From the NCBI GenBank assembly GCA_038260095.1, contig JBBSOC010000003.1, positions 3,518 to 67,517 on the forward strand: DNA of 64,000 bases, in the 5' to 3' direction. Numbering within the stretch: the first letter of the stretch is position 1; every line of letters begins with the position of its first letter. The DNA is from Mycobacteriales bacterium. GTDB lineage: Bacteria; Actinomycetota; Actinomycetes; Mycobacteriales; QHCE01. Position numbers and translations under genes: made by a program. The notes below the pieces were generated by a model. It did not search any database, was not told where the DNA came from, and saw only the letters and a list, made by a program, of their open reading frames with translations. This document shows positions 57,541-64,000 of this stretch, piece by piece.

Positions 57541-58499
57541 CGAGGGCTCCTTGCCGGATTAGTGAGCTCGCCGGCCGTGCTTGCCCGATACTGGACGGCG
57601 TCTCGGGTTAACTCCATGAATGCCTCTTCCAGCGAGGCCTGCTGCGGCGCCAGCTCGAACAAGGTCAGCGAATGAGCAGCGGCGATCTCTCCGATCTGGT
57701 CGCAAGTCAGGCCGCTCACTTCCAGCACACCGGTCGAATCGCTGGCAACGCTGATATCTGGCCCGACCAACAGATCACGGAGGCCGCCTGCCTGTGGTGA
57801 CCTCACCCGCACTGTGGTGGCGGAGGCCGCCTGTGTGAAGTCAGCTATGGGAACATCAGCGATCAACTTGCCACGGCCGACCACGATCACATGCTCGGCG
57901 GTGAGTGCCATCTCGCTCATCAGGTGTGAGGAGACGAACACGCTTTTTCCTTCTGCTGCCAGATCCTTGAGAAGGTTGCGAATCCATAGGATTCCTTCGG
58001 GATCCAGCCCGTTCGCTGGCTCGTCCAGGACCAGGATTTTAGGGTCACCTAGCAGAGCCAAGGCAAGACCTAGACGCTGCCCCATCCCGAGCGAGAAGCC
58101 GCCGGCCCGTTTTTTAGCTACCTCACGGAGCCCGACTAGGTCGATTACTTCATTGACGCGTTTGCGCCCAATTCCCGTAGTGGCAGCGAGCGCCCACAGA
58201 TGGTTGTACGCCGTACGTCCAGTGTGGATCGCTCTGGCCTCTAACAGCGCCCCAACCTCACACAGCGGCGCCGTATGTTGGGCGTATGGGCGGCCGTTCA
58301 CGGTGACCGCACCAGCGGTCGGGGCATCCAGACCCAAAATCATCCGCATGGTGGTGGATTTTCCGGCGCCGTTAGGGCCTAAAAACCCAGTGACAATACC
58401 GGGTTTCACCGTAAAAGATAGATTGTCGACAGCGATCTTCTCGCCATACCGTTTCGTTAATCCTCGGGCTTCGATCATCGTGATACCTCTACTCCACAT
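57537..58499 (-). CDS. ABC transporter ATP-binding protein
   Basis: GPNGAGKSTT Walker A, the FSLGMGQRLGLA signature and ILVLDEPANGLD Walker B. The start is possibly at 58478. Confidence 0.9.
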   Translation of the reverse strand: MWSRGITMIEARGLTKRYGEKIAVDNLSFTVKPGIVTGFLGPNGAGKSTTMRMILGLDAPTAGAVTVNGRPYAQHTAPLCEVGALLEARAIHTGRTAYNHLWALAATTGIGRKRVNEVIDLVGLREVAKKRAGGFSLGMGQRLGLALALLGDPKILVLDEPANGLDPEGILWIRNLLKDLAAEGKSVFVSSHLMSEMALTAEHVIVVGRGKLIADVPIADFTQAASATTVRVRSPQAGGLRDLLVGPDISVASDSTGVLEVSGLTCDQIGEIAAAHSLTLFELAPQQASLEEAFMELTRDAVQYRASTAGELTNPARSPR

Positions 58500-58637
58500 G
58501 TCAGGGACATCCGAACATCCCTGACGCTACGCACAACCCGGAGCAATCGAATCAGCCCGAAGAGTGAAATTGCGACTCCTGGTATGCATCCAGCGATGTA
58601 GGTGACTACACCGCTGGAGGTAGCCGCTCCGCATGCA

Positions 58638-60569
58638 CTACGGCGCGGAAGATCGAGTGTGACGTGATACAGCGGGTGTTGGACGAGGGTCGAGTCGCCG
58701 CTCAACAAAAATGGCATGCCAGATGCAGAACACCAGCACCGTCCACACTTTGCGACTGTGGTCAGCCTCGCCTCGGCGATGCGACTCCAGCAGCGTGAGT
58801 ACATACGGCAGATCTAACAGCTCATCGGCGCCGGAGGATTTCAGAATGTCTCGCGCCCACGGATACATCACGTCGGCGAGCCAGACCCGCGTCGGAACCG
58901 GGAAGCCGAGCTTAGGTCGGTTCACGATCTGCGGCGGCACAATTTCTTCCAGTGCGCGGCGTAGCGCATACTTCGTGGTGCCCTTATGCACTTTGAGTTC
59001 AGGTGGAATGGTGCGAGCCACATCGAAAACGCCGGTATCCAGAAACGGTACCCGAAGCTCCAAGGAATGCGCCATAGACATCCGGTCCGCCTTGACCAGA
59101 ATGTCGCCGCGCAGCCAGGTGAACAAGTCCACGTACTGCATCTGAGTCATGGGATCGACGCCGGCGCTCGCGGCATAGTGCGGCGCCGTGACATCGGTAT
59201 AACGCACCGCCGGGTCGTACTGCTTGAGTAGTCGCTCCTTGTCAGTTTCGGTGAAGATACGAGCGTTGCCGCAATAGCGTTCGGTCAGCGGCGTGGTGCC
59301 GCGTTCCAGGAAGCTCTTGCCCCGCACCCCTTCGGGTATCAGCGCCGAGACTGCGCGGAGCCCTCGCTGGAGCGATCTCGGCAGGCCGCTCAGCGCTCGC
59401 AGCGAGGATGGCTCTTGGTAGATGGTGTAGCCGCCGAAGAACTCGTCGGCGCCCTCACCGGAAAGCACTACCGTAACGTGTTCGGCGGCTTTCTTCGCCA
59501 CAAAGTACAGTGGTACCAGCGAAGGGTCAGCTATTGGGTCATCCAGGTGCCAAATGATGCGCGGCAGCGACTCCATCATGTCGGTGGCACTGATCAGCGT
59601 GGGAATAGTGGTGACGTCCAACCAGCTCGCCGAGGTTTGGGCCACGGTAACCTCGGAATAGCCGTCGACTTCGTATCCGACCGTGAACGTGAGAATATCG
59701 GGCTTATGGCGGCGAGCAAGCGCCACGATTGCTGTCGAGTCGATGCCGCTAGACAGAAACGCCCCCACTGGCACTTCAGACTGCAAATGTAGCTCTACCG
59801 ACTCCTCAAGGGCCTGCCGAATGCGCCGGTACAGGGCCTCTGGGTCATCGGTAGTTGTAGGCACGAACTCGGGGCGGAAGTACCGTTGCCGGCGCAGGGG
59901 TTCATCGATAGCTTCCGGGTTGTACGTGAACGACTCACCAGACTCGATTCGGCTGATTCCCACGTGCAATGTGTGGGGTTCGGGTACGTACTGCAGAGTC
60001 AGATAGTGTGAGAGCGCGGCGCGATCGATGCCTGCATCCCCCGAGTCTGCTGACGGCGCGAATGGCAGCACCGATTTCTTCTCACTGCCCAGATACAAGC
60101 CATCGTTGGTGAGTACGTAATGCAGTGGCTTTATCCCGAACTGGTCTCGCGCGCCGAATGCGACGCGCTGCTGCCGGTCCCAAATAACGAACGCGAACAT
60201 GCCTCGCAAGCGGCGCACACAATCGGCGCCCCAATGGTGGTACGCGGCGGCGACGACCTCGCTGTCGCCCTCGGTGGCGAACTCGGCGTCGTGCTGCTCA
60301 ATCAGCTCTTTGCGCAGCTGTAGATAGTTGTAAATCTCGCCGTTGAACGTGATGACGTACCTGCCATCGGCGTACTCTAACGGCTGGTGAGAGTGCACCA
60401 CGTCAATGATGGACAGCCGTTTGAAGCCCAGCACCACGTCATCACCACAAATGGAGACTCCGGTCTCGTCCGGGCCCCGGTGGTGAATCAGCTCCAGCGC
60501 CTCTGCGATGGAGTTTCTATGCTTTTGCGCCTGACCCTGGGAACTGATGAAAGTGAGCAATCCACACAT
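58638..60569 (-). CDS. asnB: Asparagine synthase (glutamine-hydrolysing)
   Basis: 643 aa with an MCGL N-terminal nucleophile and the SGGIDS-like PP-loop (LSSGIDST). Confidence 0.93.
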   Translation of the reverse strand: MCGLLTFISSQGQAQKHRNSIAEALELIHHRGPDETGVSICGDDVVLGFKRLSIIDVVHSHQPLEYADGRYVITFNGEIYNYLQLRKELIEQHDAEFATEGDSEVVAAAYHHWGADCVRRLRGMFAFVIWDRQQRVAFGARDQFGIKPLHYVLTNDGLYLGSEKKSVLPFAPSADSGDAGIDRAALSHYLTLQYVPEPHTLHVGISRIESGESFTYNPEAIDEPLRRQRYFRPEFVPTTTDDPEALYRRIRQALEESVELHLQSEVPVGAFLSSGIDSTAIVALARRHKPDILTFTVGYEVDGYSEVTVAQTSASWLDVTTIPTLISATDMMESLPRIIWHLDDPIADPSLVPLYFVAKKAAEHVTVVLSGEGADEFFGGYTIYQEPSSLRALSGLPRSLQRGLRAVSALIPEGVRGKSFLERGTTPLTERYCGNARIFTETDKERLLKQYDPAVRYTDVTAPHYAASAGVDPMTQMQYVDLFTWLRGDILVKADRMSMAHSLELRVPFLDTGVFDVARTIPPELKVHKGTTKYALRRALEEIVPPQIVNRPKLGFPVPTRVWLADVMYPWARDILKSSGADELLDLPYVLTLLESHRRGEADHSRKVWTVLVFCIWHAIFVERRLDPRPTPAVSRHTRSSAP

Positions 60570-60661
60570 GGCGGTAATCTTGTCACCGCAGCGCGAGGTT
60601 ACTGCTTTCGGACCCTAGGGCACTCGCATCCAGGAGCATAGGGCTGGATGAGAGGAGTACA

Positions 60662-60961
60662 ATGACGGGTATGAATAACCCTACGGGGGTACTATCCGCC
60701 GACGATCTTCATAGCGCCGTCACCCATGCGGCATGTTGGGAACAGGCAGTCCTGCGCGTCGCAGGTGGAGAGACCGTTCCAGTAATAGCGCATGGCAAAC
60801 ATGTCGCTGATGTCGTTCCATCGGGCACTCTTGAACAGCTTCGGGAGACCATTGAGGTGTTGTCTGACACCGAGGCGATACGCGCACTTGGCGATACTGA
60901 AACTGTCGCTGTCGGTCGCCAAGAACTCCGCGCTTTGATGGCTGACCGAGCTAGTGAATGA
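60662..60961 (+). CDS. Phd/YefM-like antitoxin
   Basis: 99 aa with VPVIAHGKHVADVVPSGTLEQLRETIEVLSD. Directly upstream of a RelE/ParE remnant. Confidence 0.6.
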   Translation: MTGMNNPTGVLSADDLHSAVTHAACWEQAVLRVAGGETVPVIAHGKHVADVVPSGTLEQLRETIEVLSDTEAIRALGDTETVAVGRQELRALMADRASE

Positions 60962-61237
60962 AAAATTCCCATACGAGGTCGCCCTCAACCGGACAACGCG
61001 TCACGCACTTGCTGAAGTTCTGCCATCCGATGTGGCCTTTAAAGCAGCCGAGTTTATAGCTGGCCGCTAGGTGACAATCCCTATCGAGTCGGCAAGGAGC
61101 TGAATCCTCCGTTAGAGGGCATCTTTTCTGCTCGCATAATGCGCGATTGGCGGCTCCTATATGTGATTGATGAGGATAATCGGCGCGTCACCGTACGCGA
61201 CATACGGCATCGTCGCAATGCTTACCACACGTCCTGA
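60958..61237 (+). pseudogene. RelE/ParE-family toxin with a 1-nt frameshift
   Basis: VNEKFPYEVALNRTTRHALAEVLPSDVAFKAAEFIAGR* stops at 61068-61070. The next frame continues PLGDNPYRVGKELNPPLEGIFSARIMRDWRLLYVIDEDNRRVTVRDIRHRRNAYHTS*. Confidence 0.6.
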
Positions 61238-61265
61238 ATCGTCAACGAACAGATACGGTAGAACC

Positions 61266-62696
61266 GTGCCAAAACGTAAGCTCCCCGCGCCGCTCACCGA
61301 GCTGATGTCACGCGGCTGGACCGAGCCAAGCAGCTCCGACACCACGCTGGTGAGCGGCGCTGACCACCATGCAAGGGCCCGCGTAGCGCTCTGCGCGGCG
61401 TTTGAGGGCTGGGCGTTGGTAATTCCCACCGGAGGTTCGAAAGTACGCAATAACGATGCCGAATACGACTTTCGACCCGGCTCAGAGTTTGCTTACCTTA
61501 CCGGCCACTACGAGCCTGATGCTGTGCTAGTGCTCTCCCCTGTCGACAACGGTCATGAGGCCACGCTGTACCTGCGGCCCCGTGCCGACCGGAGCAAACC
61601 CGAATTTTTCACCAGCTACCACGGTGAGCTATGGACTGGACCACGGCTCACGCTAGCGCAGCAGCAAGCTCGGCTAGGCATGCTATGCGCGGACCTTGTG
61701 GACCTACCGGATGCGCTGGCTAAGCTCGATCCGCATTACACCGCGGTGTTGCGCGGCTTGGACGATCAGATCGATACCGCGCTCACAGCGATCGAAAGTT
61801 CAGACGGTGGCCGGGACGGCGAGCTTACCCAAGTGCTCGCCGAGCTGCGATTGGTTAAAAATGAGTGGGAGATACAGCAGCTCGGCGACGCGATCTCAAC
61901 CACGCTGCGCGGGTTCGCTGATGTGGTGCGAGCGCTACCAGCTGACCAACCCAGCCCCGAGCGCTTGGTGGAAGGGATATTCCGGCTGCGGGCCCGACTC
62001 GACGGAAACACCGAAGGTTACGGCACGATCGCAGCTGCAGGAGCCCATGCCTGCACGTTGCACTGGGTGCGCAACACTGGCCTCTGCCGCCCCGGCGAGC
62101 TATTACTGCTGGACGCTGGTGTAGAGAACGCCCACTTATACACTGCCGATATCACCCGCACTCTTCCGATCAGCGGCGAATTCACGCCTGCGCAGCGGCA
62201 GATCTACGACATCGTGTACGCAGCGCAGCAGACTACTATTGCCGCTATTAAGCCCGGCGCACGGTGGTCGACTGTAGCGAGGACCTGCGCTCGCGTGCTC
62301 GCTGAGGGGCTTGCGGGACTCGATATCTTGCCAGTGCCTCCTAAGCAGGCACTGCGCTCAGACAACCAAACCTATCGCCGGTGGACGCTGCATGGCTTCG
62401 GCCACATGCTTGGGCTCGACGTGCACGACTGTGATCACGCGCGCAAGGAGATTTACCGAAGCGGAAAACTCAAGGCGGGCTATGTGCTCACCGTGGAGCC
62501 GGGACTATATTTCCAACCCGACGATGAACTGGTGCCACCTCAGTATCGGGGCATCGGCGTACGGATCGAAGACAACGTTCTGGTGACTGTTGAAGGCTGC
62601 CGGGTGCTCTCGAGTGCATTGCCCAGCGAACCGGAGGCACTGCTGGCGTGGATGCGCGAGCTGCGTGCCCAGCCGACAGCACTTCCTATTTACTGA
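61266..62696 (+). CDS. Xaa-Pro aminopeptidase (M24B family)
   Basis: HGFGHMLGLDVHD, VLTVEPGLY and GIGVRIEDNVLVT. I chose the GTG at 61266 because the track start at 61167 overlaps the toxin remnant. Confidence 0.85.
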   Translation: MPKRKLPAPLTELMSRGWTEPSSSDTTLVSGADHHARARVALCAAFEGWALVIPTGGSKVRNNDAEYDFRPGSEFAYLTGHYEPDAVLVLSPVDNGHEATLYLRPRADRSKPEFFTSYHGELWTGPRLTLAQQQARLGMLCADLVDLPDALAKLDPHYTAVLRGLDDQIDTALTAIESSDGGRDGELTQVLAELRLVKNEWEIQQLGDAISTTLRGFADVVRALPADQPSPERLVEGIFRLRARLDGNTEGYGTIAAAGAHACTLHWVRNTGLCRPGELLLLDAGVENAHLYTADITRTLPISGEFTPAQRQIYDIVYAAQQTTIAAIKPGARWSTVARTCARVLAEGLAGLDILPVPPKQALRSDNQTYRRWTLHGFGHMLGLDVHDCDHARKEIYRSGKLKAGYVLTVEPGLYFQPDDELVPPQYRGIGVRIEDNVLVTVEGCRVLSSALPSEPEALLAWMRELRAQPTALPIY

Positions 62697-62780
62697 AACC
62701 GCGCACAGCAATCTGTGTATACCAGTGCCAATTGTGGAAAGACAGTGACGCTATTTCGGCCGGCACTACCCTCCGTATTC

Positions 62781-62969
62781 GTGAAGGTCAGGGATGTGCT
62801 CACTCTGTTGAGAACACATGGATGGCACGTCGTTCGCACAAGAGGAAGCCATCGTCAGCTGCATCACACGGCTCAAAAAGGTACAGTTACTGTGGCTGGG
62901 AAGCTAAGTGTCGACGTGCCGCCCGGAACCCTGGCGAACATTTTGCGCCAAGCCGGGTTGAAGAGATAA
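62781..62969 (+). CDS. hicA: HicA mRNA interferase toxin
   Basis: VKVRDVLTLLRTHGWHVVRTRGSHRQLHH...GTLANILRQAGL. The GTG at 62781 gives the usual length of about 62 aa. Confidence 0.8.
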   Translation: MKVRDVLTLLRTHGWHVVRTRGSHRQLHHTAQKGTVTVAGKLSVDVPPGTLANILRQAGLKR

Positions 62970-62986
62970 AGGTTTGGTGACCGACG

Positions 62987-63217
62987 ATGAATAGACCCCA
63001 CTACCTTGCAGTGATCGAGGAAGGCCCCTCTAGTTTTGGGGCCTACTCTCCAGACCTACCTGGCGTTGTGGCTGTTGGAGAAACTCGACAAGAATGTGAG
63101 CGGCTCATCAGCGAAGCAATTGCTTTTCATATAGAGGGAATGGTCGAACTCGGCGAATCTGTTCCGAAACCGCATAGTAGGACCATTAACGTTCCCTACA
63201 GTCAACCAGTTGCTTAG
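62987..63217 (+). CDS. hicB: HicB antitoxin
   Basis: 76 aa with YLAVIEEGPSSFGAYSPDLPGVVAVGETRQECERLISEAIAFHIEG. Confidence 0.8.
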   Translation: MNRPHYLAVIEEGPSSFGAYSPDLPGVVAVGETRQECERLISEAIAFHIEGMVELGESVPKPHSRTINVPYSQPVA

Positions 63218-63274
63218 CACACCATTGCTTATCGTCTGAAGCCTGCGGCAACCCATGTGACACAGGAGATCTCG

Positions 63275-64000
63275 ATGAGCACAGCGATATCCGCTCTCCG
63301 TGAACGTAGCGTGATCGGGGCGGTCAACAAAAACCTCTATGTTGGTGGGGCGTGGCGGCCAGCTAGCGATGGTGGCACGCTGCCGGTGTATGACCCTTCT
63401 ACAAATGCGGTGCTCTGCGAAGTCGCCGACGCCACTCCCGCTGATGGTCGGGCCGCGCTGGAAGCCGCAGTACGCGTCCAGCGGGACTGGGCTGCCCATC
63501 CGCCCCGCGAACGCGGCGAAATCCTGCGCCGCGGCTACGAGCTCATGATGCAACGCCAAGACGACCTCGCGCTACTGATGACGTTGGAGATGGGCAAACC
63601 GCTCACCGAATCCAAAGCCGAGATCACCTACGCCGCAGAGTTTTTCCGCTGGTTTGCCGAAGAAGCCGTACGCATCGATGGCGGATACGCCACCGCCCCT
63701 AACGGCGCCGGACGGCTCCTAGTCATGCGCCAACCGGTGGGACCGGTCGTCCTGATCACACCGTGGAATTTTCCTGCGGCCATGGGGACCCGCAAGATAG
63801 GCCCAGCCGTCGCCGCCGGTTGCAGCATGGTGATGAAACCAGCTGCTCAGACCCCGCTATCGATGTTGGCTCTAGCCGAGATTCTCGCTGAAGCCGGACT
63901 GCCCGACGGCGTGCTCAACGTGATCACCACCAGCAACCCCAGCGATGTCATATCGCCCCTCCTTGCCGACGGGCGGGCACGCAAACTTTCCTTCACTGGC
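63275..64000 (+). CDS. gabD: NAD(P)-dependent succinate-semialdehyde dehydrogenase (5' part; continues past window end)
   Basis: Not in the ORF track because it runs off the edge. AGGAGA lies upstream of the ATG at 63275. My translation reads MSTAISALRERSVIGAVNKNLYVGGAWRPA...ITPWNFPAAMGTRKIGPAVAAGCSMVMKPA. Confidence 0.88.
   Translation, partial: MSTAISALRERSVIGAVNKNLYVGGAWRPASDGGTLPVYDPSTNAVLCEVADATPADGRAALEAAVRVQRDWAAHPPRERGEILRRGYELMMQRQDDLALLMTLEMGKPLTESKAEITYAAEFFRWFAEEAVRIDGGYATAPNGAGRLLVMRQPVGPVVLITPWNFPAAMGTRKIGPAVAAGCSMVMKPAAQTPLSMLALAEILAEAGLPDGVLNVITTSNPSDVISPLLADGRARKLSFTG

Noticed and set aside
58500-58526. Hairpin GTCAGGGA-n10-TCCCTGAC between asnB and the ABC ATPase gene as a regulatory site
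   Set aside because: It is a short 8-bp stem with no flanking U-run and no repeat elsewhere. It could be a weak terminator for asnB, but the evidence is too thin to annotate.
1-64000. Search for tRNA, rRNA, tmRNA, RNase P, SRP RNA, transposases, integrases and prophage genes
   Set aside because: I found no T-arm-like GGTTCGAATCC-type motifs or other recognisable cores. No ORF has recombinase, transposase or phage structural motifs. The accessory insertions here have no visible mobility gene.

Overview
High-GC (about 60% by eye) actinobacterial chromosome. It has no rRNA, tRNA, CRISPR array, transposase or integrase that I can find. Conserved housekeeping blocks: uvrC (runs off the left edge) and uvrA; IMPase-dapF-miaA-ctaB; the pentose-phosphate operon tkt-tal-pgi-zwf-opcA-pgl; rbpA-secG; dxs; APC permease plus two trkA genes. 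Next comes a block that, as I recall, matches M. tuberculosis Rv2693c-Rv2703 (DUF3159, OB-fold, DUF3710, dut, DUF3093, DUF4193, LytR_C, suhB-like, sigA). The remaining blocks are coaD-rsmD-nusB-efp, a Sir2 deacetylase, a LuxR/HisKA_3 two-component system with an ABC-2 exporter, asnB, an M24 Xaa-Pro peptidase, and gabD (runs off the right edge). Small accessory insertions fill the junctions between these blocks. There are at least 9 toxin-antitoxin or abortive-infection modules (VapBC x3, PIN-RHH, HEPN-MNT, AbiEi/Eii, RelE/ParE-Phd x2, HicAB) and several decayed genes. Most worth a second look: (1) a 128-bp, almost fully self-complementary element in two 98%-identical copies, which brackets a small cassette next to a relic second pgl 3' end, between pgl and an AbiE operon. 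(2) Two tandem paralogous HTH-plus-TPR-like proteins (RNPP/AimR-like architecture) inserted into the otherwise conserved trkA | DUF3159 junction, with twin CTGAATTCAG palindromes and short hydrophobic mini-ORFs in their leaders. (3) A GC-rich membrane-protein gene flanked by a duplicated response-regulator 3' end. (4) A C8 tract that splits a 338-codon orphan gene. All functional calls rest on my own reading of the translations and on remembered family motifs; no searches were run.
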